From Treponema sp. (GTDB taxonomy: Bacteria > Spirochaetota > Spirochaetia > Treponematales > Breznakiellaceae): 64,000 nt of DNA. This document shows positions 28,263 through 37,197 of this stretch, piece by piece (positions within the stretch are counted from its first letter, which is position 1; every line of letters begins with the position of its first letter). Under the pieces are notes generated by a model that did no database searches, was not told the DNA's origin, and was given only the letters and a program-made list of their open reading frames with translations. The stretch lies in contig JAITCL010000119.1 in assembly GCA_031283105.1 (NCBI GenBank), forward strand, positions 8,885 to 72,884, read 5' to 3'. The position numbers and the translations under genes were made by a program.

Positions 28263-29030
28263 TTATGATGGTAATGAAGGAGTTGGACAAGTCCAAATCC
28301 CCTTAATGCTAAATGTACTGGCTGCAAGACCATTTTTCCATGTTGCAAGCGCATATAACCTGTCCCATATGCTTTGTATCATTCCCCACGCCGTGGGGTT
28401 TGTCTGTGCGGGTGTATCCGTAACTGTTCCACTACCGGCAGTAAGAGAGGCTTGTGTATTTGCCGCCTTGCCGTTCCATGTAGTTGCGCTCGCTATTCTC
28501 GCGTCTGCAAAAGTGCCTGTTGTTATTTTTGCGGTGTCTAAATCAGGAATATCGCTCGCCTCTAAGTTAGCACCCGCCGTTACCAACCCCTTCGCGTCAT
28601 AAGTTATCTTGGTTTTGGTAGCTCCGGTTATTGCGGTGTTTTTGTCAACTTTGCCTTCATCAAGCGATGTTATATTGCTCTCGGCTGTTGATATCCGTTC
28701 TATAATAGCAGAAGTATCTCTCTCAGTAATAACCTTGATACTCTGTACCAACTGGTCATGGGTAACAGCATCTGGTGAAATGCCAGCTTCAACCAATACC
28801 GCGTCTAATTCACCATAAATGTCGGCCAATGCTTCCGCTGTTAAAGAAGAATTATTTACAAGATGTTTTGTAAACCAGTTGTGATAAGGAGCGGGGAGAG
28901 TTTGAAGAGGAACAGCTCCACGAGTATATTCATCAATCGGTGGCTCTTGAGGGGTACCGAAAGTATCGGGATTGGATGCCCATCCTTTTCTCAAAGGAAA
29001 AAGAACATGATCGCCTGTGTACTCTCTCAT
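28263..29030 (-). CDS. Phage tail-fibre-like protein (transposon passenger)
   Basis: ELDAVLVEAGISPDAVTHDQLVQSI resembles a fibre N-terminal attachment region; TKITYDAKGLVTAGANLEASDIPDLDTAKITTGTFADARI is a fibre shaft repeat; ATGA overlap with the upstream gene. Confidence 0.7.
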   Translation of the reverse strand: MREYTGDHVLFPLRKGWASNPDTFGTPQEPPIDEYTRGAVPLQTLPAPYHNWFTKHLVNNSSLTAEALADIYGELDAVLVEAGISPDAVTHDQLVQSIKVITERDTSAIIERISTAESNITSLDEGKVDKNTAITGATKTKITYDAKGLVTAGANLEASDIPDLDTAKITTGTFADARIASATTWNGKAANTQASLTAGSGTVTDTPAQTNPTAWGMIQSIWDRLYALATWKNGLAASTFSIKGIWTCPTPSLPS

Positions 29031-30235
29031 TCTTCCCCTCCGTAGGTAACGCCGTACCAATCTGTATCAGTACCTATTGTTGTGTTGCTCCAGTTGATGC
29101 CGTCAGTTGAATACATTATATGACTGTTGCTGGTGCGGCCGACTGCTACGAATTTACCGTTGCCATAGGTTACACTTCTCCAGTCCCCAGTTCCCGGCGC
29201 TGTTCCTCTAGTCCAGTTAATGCCGTCAGTTGAATATGCCACGCCGTTGCTGGTGCCGAAGCCGACTGCTACAAACTTCCCGTCGCCATAGGTAACACCA
29301 TTCCAAGCAGAAACATAAGAATTTGGCTCTAATATAGCCCAGGTGGTGCCGTTAGTTGAGTATGCCATTCTGCCGTTGCCGCCGACTGTTACGAATTTAT
29401 CGTTGCCATAGGTTACACTTCGCGCCGCCCAACCATTAATCTGATTTACAGTAGTCCAGTTAATGCCGTTAGTTGAGTATGCCGAGTAGTTGCCGCCGAC
29501 TGCTACAAACCTCCCGTTGCCATAGGTAACGCCATAATAATCATTAAGTATTTTTGTATTGTTATTCCAGTTAATGCCGTCAGTTGAATATACTGTGTAG
29601 CTGCCGCCGATTGCTACAAACTTCCCGTTGCCATAGGTTACATCTTGCAAATCGTATACATTGTTCAATGCTATTTTAGTCCAGGCGGTGCCGTTAGTTG
29701 AATATGCTACGTAAATCTGGGTGAGGCCGTTGATACTACTATGGCCGACTGTTACGAATTTACCAGCAGGTTTCCACAGCCTACTCACTGCATCATTAAC
29801 CGCTATTACGTCAACAATCTGTGTTGTTGCGAAGGAACCTGTCCCGAATATCGTTGTATTCCTGTTTGCTTTATCAATCATTTTGAGCAAGTATTCGCAA
29901 TTTGCCACCTGTGTTTCCGTTCCTGCCACCGGTGTAACAGTATTAGCGCCCCACTTGGCATTTATGGCATTACAAACATATTGACAATTAGCTATCTGTC
30001 CCACAGTATCACCCGTTAACCCTGAATAATTGTCGCTGTCTGTTTCGTCTACCCGAATAATCAATGCTTCGTAAACTTCCCCGAACCAGAAAGCCGGGTC
30101 TGTTGGTTCCGGCGGTTCTACCGGAATTATTGGTTCTACCGGAGTAATTGGACTTGGTCGCCATGTTGTATCCGAAACGTCTGAACACGCCATAAAAAGA
30201 ACGATGAGAATACAAAATATGCTTAATTTTCCCAT
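29027..30235 (-). CDS. Lipoprotein with ~40-aa YSTxGxxW / VTYGNGKFVAVG repeats (Asp-box beta-propeller-like; transposon passenger)
   Basis: Lipobox LFMAC, Pro-rich linker, 5-6 repeats; SD AAGGAG; promoter TTGGCA-N17-TATAGT (30311-30283). Confidence 0.85.
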   Translation of the reverse strand: MGKLSIFCILIVLFMACSDVSDTTWRPSPITPVEPIIPVEPPEPTDPAFWFGEVYEALIIRVDETDSDNYSGLTGDTVGQIANCQYVCNAINAKWGANTVTPVAGTETQVANCEYLLKMIDKANRNTTIFGTGSFATTQIVDVIAVNDAVSRLWKPAGKFVTVGHSSINGLTQIYVAYSTNGTAWTKIALNNVYDLQDVTYGNGKFVAIGGSYTVYSTDGINWNNNTKILNDYYGVTYGNGRFVAVGGNYSAYSTNGINWTTVNQINGWAARSVTYGNDKFVTVGGNGRMAYSTNGTTWAILEPNSYVSAWNGVTYGDGKFVAVGFGTSNGVAYSTDGINWTRGTAPGTGDWRSVTYGNGKFVAVGRTSNSHIMYSTDGINWSNTTIGTDTDWYGVTYGGEE

Positions 30236-30368
30236 AAAGAACTCTCCTTGTGACTTTACTCTTACAAATACAATCTATCAATACTATAGTACTATTTAAT
30301 AAAACTGCCAACCCTTTAATCATAATAACCCCCAGTTATTAAGCCTTTTCTCCTACTATGATAAACGT

Positions 30369-30689
30369 ATGGGATTTAAGGAAAACTTGAAGTCCGAACT
30401 GCTTTATTCCGGTATGCTCGTGAAAGAACTGTCGGTTAAATCCGGCGTGAACAAATATAGCCTTGATAACTACCTGAACAAACGAGGTCAAAAGCCATCT
30501 ATTGAAGTTGCTGTCAAAATCGCCCGTGTATTGGGTGTATCTGTCGAATATCTGGCTACTGGCGAAGATGCAGATAATCCACGATTGAGTAGCGAGGCTC
30601 GAACAATCGGGAGGATTGCTGACCAACTCAACGAAAGAGACCGTCGGTTCATTCTTGACCTTATCAAGTGGATGAAGGTTCGTCGGTGA
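30369..30689 (+). CDS. XRE-family HTH regulator (transposon passenger)
   Basis: VKELSVKSGVNKYSLDNYL..PSIEVAVKIARVLGVSVEYLATG; TATGAT 6 nt before the ATG. Confidence 0.9.
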   Translation: MGFKENLKSELLYSGMLVKELSVKSGVNKYSLDNYLNKRGQKPSIEVAVKIARVLGVSVEYLATGEDADNPRLSSEARTIGRIADQLNERDRRFILDLIKWMKVRR

Positions 30690-30691
30690 AC

Positions 30692-31630
30692 TCACAGCCA
30701 GCTTCCTCCTTCTGCTATTTGCCATGCGTGATTAGCTTTTGGCATTATGGATTGTCTTAACAACTTGGTAAAAGCGTCAAGATTACTCATGTTGTTCCTC
30801 CTATAGCAAGCCTCATTAACATACCGTTGTAAATACTTAGGGCTTACTTGATGATATACGCCAATAATACTCCGTTTAAGGATACTCCAAAAATTCTCAA
30901 TGTTGTTCGTATGAACGCCCTTCCCATCACTGTACTGGCGTTTTGAATGGTTGATTGAAAGGTGTGTATAGGGCTCATCATCATCACCTAATACATTGTA
31001 TATCTTGAAATCATCAGTCACCACTGTAGTTCCATCAGCAACTACCCTTTTAATATAAGGTATAAGAAATACTTTAAGTAAATCACTCCCCTTTTCATTA
31101 GGTGAAGAAACAACCTTAGCACGGACTTGTTGTGTATCCCTTTCAATAATACCTATTACAGGTACTTTATTTGTCCCGCGCCCTCTCTTAGATGTGCCTA
31201 TTTTTGGTTTGCCCCCCACATAAGTTTCATCTACTTCAACCAGTTTACTAAGCACCTTGTATGTATCAACAGCTCCCATAGCTGCTCTAATCTGGTGTAA
31301 CATTCGCCATGACGTTCGATAACTTCCACCTATTTCGCGTTGTAAGTTGCAGGCTGACACACCCTTTTTATCATTGAGGAAGAGGTGAATAGCATAAAAC
31401 CACTTTCTTATTTTTACCTTGCTACTTTCAAAAATAGTACCCGTAAAAACTGAAAAGGAATTATTGCAATGTGAACACTCACAGTAACGTACCCTCCTCC
31501 TATGCCGATAGACACCTGACACCGCCCCGCAACATGGGCAGGTGAGCCTTCCCCCGTACCTCACGGCTACGAAATAATCTATAGCCGCTTCTTCTGTCGG
31601 GAACTTTTTCGAGAACTCCATAAAAGTCAT
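30692..31630 (-). CDS. IS1595-family transposase
   Basis: Zn ribbon CPCCG..CSHC, HTH, VEVDETYVGG, VTDD, HTNNIENFWSILKR..YLQRYVNE..YRRN. Confidence 0.95.
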   Translation of the reverse strand: MTFMEFSKKFPTEEAAIDYFVAVRYGGRLTCPCCGAVSGVYRHRRRVRYCECSHCNNSFSVFTGTIFESSKVKIRKWFYAIHLFLNDKKGVSACNLQREIGGSYRTSWRMLHQIRAAMGAVDTYKVLSKLVEVDETYVGGKPKIGTSKRGRGTNKVPVIGIIERDTQQVRAKVVSSPNEKGSDLLKVFLIPYIKRVVADGTTVVTDDFKIYNVLGDDDEPYTHLSINHSKRQYSDGKGVHTNNIENFWSILKRSIIGVYHQVSPKYLQRYVNEACYRRNNMSNLDAFTKLLRQSIMPKANHAWQIAEGGSWL

Positions 31631-31839
31631 ATAAACCTCCTTGATATTTTGAAATAAATATCAAGGAGTTAAATCTAAAAAGCAAGCAAAGGTAGTGCTT
31701 TTTTTTCAGAATTCTTTCATCAGCCCTTGCTACCCTATACAGCTTGCACACTTGCGCGTGTGTGCATACTTGCGTATGTGTGCATACCCGCGCCCTTGCA
31801 TATTTTGTGTACTTTTCGACATAATTGCGTTTAATAATC

Positions 31840-32640
31840 ATGCCCCGATTAATCGGAACCAGAAATGAAACAAGCCTTCACCGGGACCTCAAGTTCACCT
31901 ATGCCGGAGAGGAAGGCCGGACTGAGGCGGAGGTTGACGGTTTTGTAGCCGATGGAATAAGCGCCAACGGCGAATTTATAGAAGTACAAACCGCCAATTT
32001 TGCCGCGCTCAGGAAAAAAATAACAAAGTTTACCGAACAAGGCAAACTCCGCATTATCTATCCGGTTATTATCACCAAATATATAGAAGTTTTTGACGCT
32101 GACGGTGAACGCTTGTACCGGCGGAAAAGCCCCCGCCGGGGAAGCCCCTGGGATATTTTCAACGAGTTCATCTATGCGCCGGATTTACCGCTTATTCCCC
32201 GCTGTACCATAGAACTTGCCCTGGTAGATGCCTGTGAACAGCGTGTCCGGGACGGCAAAGGCTCATGGTGGCGGAAGGGTTTAAGCATCCGGGATCGTCA
32301 GTTGATAACCGTGCATGAACGTATCTGTCTGAAAAAGCCTTCTGATTACCGCCGCTTTATCCCTTTTGAGTACGATCAGGAATTTACCACGGCAAATCTG
32401 GCGGAAAAGGCGGGAATTTCCCATGTTCTGGCAAGAAGAACCTTGTATGTATTGACCAAATTGGACATGGTACAACGAACGGGAAAACAACGTAATGCCT
32501 TTGTTTACCAGCTGATTATGCCGGAAAAAACATCTAAGAAGCCGCTGAATAGCTCAATGAAGAAGAATCAACCACGGAAGACACGGAGGGAAGAGAGAGA
32601 AAATGACAAAAATAACGAAAATGTCGGGGAAATTGGGTAA
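31840..32640 (+). CDS. Hypothetical protein, PD-(D/E)XK-nuclease-like fold with C-terminal winged helix
   Basis: E..LHRDLK, E...DGFVADG...IEVQT motif; start moved to ATG 31840, outside the transposon end. Confidence 0.65.
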   Translation: MPRLIGTRNETSLHRDLKFTYAGEEGRTEAEVDGFVADGISANGEFIEVQTANFAALRKKITKFTEQGKLRIIYPVIITKYIEVFDADGERLYRRKSPRRGSPWDIFNEFIYAPDLPLIPRCTIELALVDACEQRVRDGKGSWWRKGLSIRDRQLITVHERICLKKPSDYRRFIPFEYDQEFTTANLAEKAGISHVLARRTLYVLTKLDMVQRTGKQRNAFVYQLIMPEKTSKKPLNSSMKKNQPRKTRREERENDKNNENVGEIG

Positions 32641-32955
32641 AAGTGACTGACACTGTAGCTTAAAAGCTAAAGTGACTGTCACCAATATGATAATAATCTG
32701 CTGATTTATGCAATTATGGCGGGTCTGGTGGTGGAAAACGACCCCTGAGCCACATTTGTTCGTGGGGCGAAGGGGCGTGTTTACACACTCAGACCCATTA
32801 TCACATTAATCAGCGCTTCCTGAGTAGTTCCCTTTTGGGCTGAATAATCAAAACAACTATATAAACGTATAGTAAAAGTCAAAAAAACTTTCAAAAAAAA
32901 GATTTTTTTTCTGAATAAGGCTTGACGGCATTTAAGATTCCAGTGATTATGTATT

Positions 32956-32992
32956 AATTGGAAATTTTTGGGGAAAACTGGGGAAATTTGGC
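32956..32992 (+). promoter_or_regulatory. MraZ-binding boxes upstream of mraZ
   Basis: TGG(GG) repeats at 10-bp period (32959, 32969, 32979, 32989), downstream of TTGACG at 32922. Confidence 0.7.
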
Positions 32993-33520
32993 ATGCTGAG
33001 CGGCGAATATAACGTTACACTTGATGATACCGGCAGAATTGCCCTTCCCCATTGTTTGCGGGAGATTCTGGAAAAGGATAAGGTTGTACTGACCAAAGGG
33101 GCTGATACCTGCTTGTGGTTGTATAGCGTCCGGCAGTGGGAGGAGCAGGAAGCGTTGATTATCAGTACAACCAACCGCTATTCTTCCAGGGGCCGTACCA
33201 TGCTACAGCATTTTATTGGCCCCAAAAAAACCCTGGATATGGATAAACAGGGGCGGATTTTAATCCCCCCGACGCTGCGCGACCATGCGGGCTTGTCAAA
33301 AGAGTGTATTGTTCTGGGTCAATGTGACTATGTTGAGATTTGGGCAGTGGATCGCTACCGGGCGCATCTGGAAGCCAGTGTGGATGATTTCAAAGCCGGT
33401 TTGGAAGAACTGGGCGGCAAAATCATGATGATGAAGGACGTGGGTAATGATGGAAATAGCGCACACCCCGGTATTACTGGAGGAAGTAGTGCAGTATCTC
33501 GCTCCGAGGGGCAGGCATGA
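32993..33520 (+). CDS. mraZ: Division/cell-wall cluster repressor MraZ
   Basis: GEYNVTLDDTGRIALP, DKQGRILIP..LR..AGL, VEIW. Confidence 0.93.
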   Translation: MLSGEYNVTLDDTGRIALPHCLREILEKDKVVLTKGADTCLWLYSVRQWEEQEALIISTTNRYSSRGRTMLQHFIGPKKTLDMDKQGRILIPPTLRDHAGLSKECIVLGQCDYVEIWAVDRYRAHLEASVDDFKAGLEELGGKIMMMKDVGNDGNSAHPGITGGSSAVSRSEGQA

Positions 33521-34400
33521 AATGATGGTAGACGCGACGATGGGCGAAGGCGGCCACAGTTATGCTTTTTTATCCCGTTTTCCCGATCTTTCCATTATGG
33601 GCATTGATGCCGACCCCGCGATTCAGGCCGTTGCCCGGCAGCGGCTGGCTGAATTTGGGAATAGGGCGCTGTTTTTTCAGGGTTGGTCGCAGGATTTTTT
33701 CGCCGCTTACCCTGCCAGCCTTGCCCGCCCGCATACGGTGCTTGCCGATTTGGGTATCAGCCTGTTTCATTACAAGAAAAGCGGCAGGGGTTTTAGCTTT
33801 TCCGCCGGTGAAAAGCTGGATATGAGGCTGGATACCTCCCGCGGGCCTTCCGCCGCGGAACTTTTGATGCAAATGTCAGAGCACAATATTGCCGATATTT
33901 TATATAACAATGCCGGTGAACGCTATTCGCGGCGTATAGCGCGGGCAATCGTACAGGAACGGCAAGGGGGGGGGATAGCCACTGCCGCCGCTCTGGCGGA
34001 GTTGGTGGAACGGGCGGTGCCGGCTGTGTACCGGCGCGGGCCTGTTCATGCGGCGACCAAAACTTTTATGGCCCTGCGGATTGAAGTCAACCGGGAACTG
34101 TTCCGGCTGCCCGATTTTCTTGAAGGGGCGCTTGAGGCTTTGGAGCCGGGGGGAAGATTGGGCGTTATCAGCTACCATAGCGCGGAGGACAGGATTGTTA
34201 AAAATTTTTTCAAACTGAAAAACAGGGATTGCAGTTGCCCTCCGCAGGCGCCGTCGTGTACCTGCGGTGGACGGCGTAAGATTAATATATTGACCCGAAA
34301 GGGCGTAACGGCGGGAGAGGCGGAAATCAAACGGAATTCCCCCTCGCGCAGCGCCCGGCTGAGAGTTGCGGAAAAGATACCGGAGGAAAACGCGCGATGA
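33447..34400 (+). CDS. rsmH: 16S rRNA m4C1402 methyltransferase
   Basis: HTPVLLEE, DATMGEGGHS, DLGIS, LDMRLD, ISYHSAEDRIVK, SRSARLR. Confidence 0.95.
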   Translation: MMEIAHTPVLLEEVVQYLAPRGRHEMMVDATMGEGGHSYAFLSRFPDLSIMGIDADPAIQAVARQRLAEFGNRALFFQGWSQDFFAAYPASLARPHTVLADLGISLFHYKKSGRGFSFSAGEKLDMRLDTSRGPSAAELLMQMSEHNIADILYNNAGERYSRRIARAIVQERQGGGIATAAALAELVERAVPAVYRRGPVHAATKTFMALRIEVNRELFRLPDFLEGALEALEPGGRLGVISYHSAEDRIVKNFFKLKNRDCSCPPQAPSCTCGGRRKINILTRKGVTAGEAEIKRNSPSRSARLRVAEKIPEENAR

Positions 34401-34684
34401 AGAAGTATTATGTACTGTTGTTTTTGTTGGCTCTTACCATACCTCTTTTTTGGGGGATTAACGCGTGGCAGGCGAATGAATGCGGGATAATCAGAAGTGA
34501 AATAAAAAATCTTGAAAAAAGCCAGGAACATTGTCTGGATGAAAATAAAACAATTGCCGCTGATATTGTCAATTTGCTGACGGCTGAAAGGCTGGATACC
34601 GAAGCGCGCAAAATGGGGCTGCATAAAATGCGTCCCGAAAACGTACTATTAATCGTGATGGGGGGGAAGGGGCGTGATCTCTGA
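34397..34684 (+). CDS. ftsL: Cell division protein FtsL
   Basis: TM segment plus coiled coil ending ERLDTEARKMGL; position after rsmH. Confidence 0.75.
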   Translation: MKKYYVLLFLLALTIPLFWGINAWQANECGIIRSEIKNLEKSQEHCLDENKTIAADIVNLLTAERLDTEARKMGLHKMRPENVLLIVMGGKGRDL

Positions 34685-36110
34685 CGGCGGCGTATTGCTG
34701 GAATTTACCGCGTTGTCCCCGTTTCCGGGGGCGGAGCTTCTTTCCTTTGGGAATGCCCGCGGTTTTTCCTCGGTCAGCATTGATTCCCGTTCGGTTCAGG
34801 AAGGGGGGCTTTTTACCGCGCTTTCCGGTTCCGCTCACGATGGCCATGCTTTTGTAGAGGCCGCTTTCAAAAAAGGGGCTGCCGCCGCCCTGGTGGAACG
34901 TCAAAAAATCGAAACATTTAATCTTGCCCGCATTGCCCAGGCGCTGGGAAAAACCCTTATTATCGTTGATAATCCGCTGCGGGCTTTGCAGGATGCCGCC
35001 GGAATATACCTTAAACAATTTTCCCGTCTGTTAAAAATCGCCATTACCGGCTCTTCGGGAAAAACCACCACCAAAGAAATAGCCGCCGCCATTATCGGCG
35101 CGGAAAAAAACACGGTGATGAATCCGGGAAATTATAATTCCGAGACGGGGCTGCCCCTTGCCGTTTTTGCCGTCAGGGCCTGCCATGAGGTTGGCGTATT
35201 TGAGATGGGCATGAACCGCAGGGGGGAAATCGCCGAGCTTGCCGGAGTGCTTAAACCTGACGTCGCGCTGATAACGAACATAGGTTCCGCCCATATCGGA
35301 ATTCTCGGCAGTAAAGAGGCAATTGCTGAGGAAAAGAAAAATATTTTTGCGCAGTTTGACGGAAAGGGTATTGCCCTGATTCCCGCCGATACCCCGTTCC
35401 GCGATTTTCTGGCGCACGGGGTGAAGGGCAGAACGGTTTTTTACGGAGAGGAATCTTTTGCCGATTTGGGCGGGGTGCGCAACCTTGGGCTGGACGGGAC
35501 TGAAATTACCTGGGCGGGACAGCGCGTCCGTTTCGCCTTGCCGGGCAGACACAACCTTGCCAATGCCTTTGCCGCCATTGCCCTTGCGCAGGAGGTTCCC
35601 GTCGGTGCGCAGGCAATCAGGCATGGCCTTGAATCGGTCAAGCCGCTGTTTGGCCGTGGCGAGATTCTTCACGGCAGGGTAACGGTGATACAGGATTGTT
35701 ACAATTCAAACCCGGAGTCGGTGATCGGGGCGCTGGAATTCTGCGACAGCCTGGATTGGCCGGGACGTACCATTTATGTTTTGGGAGAAATGCGGGAGTT
35801 GGGAGAGGATTCCCGCGCGGCCCATGAAGAGTTGGGCCGGCTTTTGCCGGGTTCAAAGGCCGGCATGGTCTTCCTTTTTGGCGATGAAATAAGGCCGGCT
35901 GCCGAAATCTTAAAAACCGGCGGGTTATCCTTTATGTATACCTGCGATATTGATGAACTTTCCCGCGCCCTGGCCGCGTATGTGCGCGACGGGGATCTGG
36001 TTCTGCTGAAAGGTTCGCGGGGCTGCGCTCTGGAACGGTTATCCAGCGTACTTTTACCGGCTGTTACGTGTCATGGTCATACGTGCCGCCGGCACGAGGG
36101 GGCTGCCTGA
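34674..36110 (+). CDS. murF: UDP-MurNAc-tripeptide D-Ala-D-Ala ligase
   Basis: AITGSSGKTTTKE, GNYNSETGLP, EMGMNRRGEI, DCYNSNPES, LLKGSRG. Confidence 0.95.
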   Translation: MISDGGVLLEFTALSPFPGAELLSFGNARGFSSVSIDSRSVQEGGLFTALSGSAHDGHAFVEAAFKKGAAAALVERQKIETFNLARIAQALGKTLIIVDNPLRALQDAAGIYLKQFSRLLKIAITGSSGKTTTKEIAAAIIGAEKNTVMNPGNYNSETGLPLAVFAVRACHEVGVFEMGMNRRGEIAELAGVLKPDVALITNIGSAHIGILGSKEAIAEEKKNIFAQFDGKGIALIPADTPFRDFLAHGVKGRTVFYGEESFADLGGVRNLGLDGTEITWAGQRVRFALPGRHNLANAFAAIALAQEVPVGAQAIRHGLESVKPLFGRGEILHGRVTVIQDCYNSNPESVIGALEFCDSLDWPGRTIYVLGEMRELGEDSRAAHEELGRLLPGSKAGMVFLFGDEIRPAAEILKTGGLSFMYTCDIDELSRALAAYVRDGDLVLLKGSRGCALERLSSVLLPAVTCHGHTCRRHEGAA

Positions 36111-37189
36111 TGTTACTGAAATTTATTTATCCGCTGGTCATTTATTTTACCCCTTTTAACGTATTTTCCTATCTGACTTTCCGGGGCGCATACGCGGCAT
36201 TAACAACGCTTTTAATATGTTTTCTCTTTGGCGGTAAAATTATCGAAGCGCTCAGGCGGCTGAAAATAGGGCAGTCTGTCCGCAGCGACGGGCCGGCGAC
36301 CCATTTGGTAAAAACCGGAACGCCGACTATGGGGGGGATTTTTATCATTGGTTCGGTGGCGGTTGCCATGCTGCTGTGGGGAGATTTGGACAACAGAATG
36401 GTCTGGCTGACCCTTGTTTGCCTTCTTGCGTTTGGCGCAATCGGCTTTGTTGACGATTACCTTAAGGTCAGCCGCCGTAATTCAGCCGGCCTGCCCGCAT
36501 GGGGAAAACTTGCCGGGCAGTTTGCCGCGGCGCTGGCCGTTGTTCTGTATCTGTATTTTTCCGGAGACGGGGAAGTAACGAAGCTGTATCTGCCCTTCCT
36601 GAAGAATCCGGTTATAGACATGGGAAACTGGTGGATACCTTTTGGAGTGTTGTTGATTATGGGAGAGTCAAACGCGGTTAATTTTTCGGACGGGCTTGAC
36701 GGGCTGCTGGCCGGACTATTGATTTTGGTGTTTATCGCTCTGGCAGTTCTTACCTATATTTCAGGCCGCGTTGATTATTCGGCGTATTTGGGCATTCCCT
36801 ACATTCCCGAAGCGGGTGAACTGACGGTGCTGTGTCTTGCCATTGGCGGCGCGCTTATCGGGTTCCTGTGGTACAATTGTCACCCCGCGGAAGTTTTTAT
36901 GGGCGATGTGGGCAGTCTGTCGCTCGGCGGAGTGGTTGCCGTTATATCCCTCATTATAAAAAAAGAGATACTGGTGCTTGTTATCGGCGGAGTTTTTTTA
37001 ATAGAGATTTGTTCAGTCGTTATACAGGTAATTTCGTTTAAGCTGAGGAAAAAGAGGGTGTTTTTGATGAGTCCTATTCATCATCACTTTGAAATGGCTG
37101 GATGGGCAGAATCGAAAGTAGTCGCCCGATTCTGGATACTGGGCGGACTTTTTATGTTAGTCGCAATTTCGAGTCTTAAAATTCAATAG
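36110..37189 (+). CDS. mraY: Phospho-MurNAc-pentapeptide transferase
   Basis: KTGTPTMGG, NAVNFSDGLDGL, VFMGDVGS, PIHHHFE. Confidence 0.96.
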   Translation: MLLKFIYPLVIYFTPFNVFSYLTFRGAYAALTTLLICFLFGGKIIEALRRLKIGQSVRSDGPATHLVKTGTPTMGGIFIIGSVAVAMLLWGDLDNRMVWLTLVCLLAFGAIGFVDDYLKVSRRNSAGLPAWGKLAGQFAAALAVVLYLYFSGDGEVTKLYLPFLKNPVIDMGNWWIPFGVLLIMGESNAVNFSDGLDGLLAGLLILVFIALAVLTYISGRVDYSAYLGIPYIPEAGELTVLCLAIGGALIGFLWYNCHPAEVFMGDVGSLSLGGVVAVISLIIKKEILVLVIGGVFLIEICSVVIQVISFKLRKKRVFLMSPIHHHFEMAGWAESKVVARFWILGGLFMLVAISSLKIQ

Positions 37190-37197
37190 GGGGAATT

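Larger units (their letters stand above)
28208..31829 (-). mobile_element. IS1595-family cargo transposon (tIS), 3622 bp
   Basis: Perfect 29-bp TIR CGCAATTATGTCGAAAAGTACACAAAATA (28208-28236 / 31801-31829), 8-bp target duplication TTTAATAA (28200-28207 / 31830-31837), intact transposase, visibly AT-richer than its flanks. Confidence 0.95.

Noticed and set aside
29027-29780. Near-identical nucleotide repeats as a possible DGR template/variable pair
   Set aside because: They are in-frame protein repeats, differences are not confined to adenines, and no reverse transcriptase is in the window
28263-30689. Possible prophage
   Set aside because: No capsid, terminase, portal or integrase genes; the segment is bounded by IS1595 TIRs and a target duplication
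33447-33520. 74-bp mraZ/rsmH overlap as a possible frameshift
   Set aside because: Both proteins retain all their motifs; this is most likely a simple C-terminal extension of MraZ
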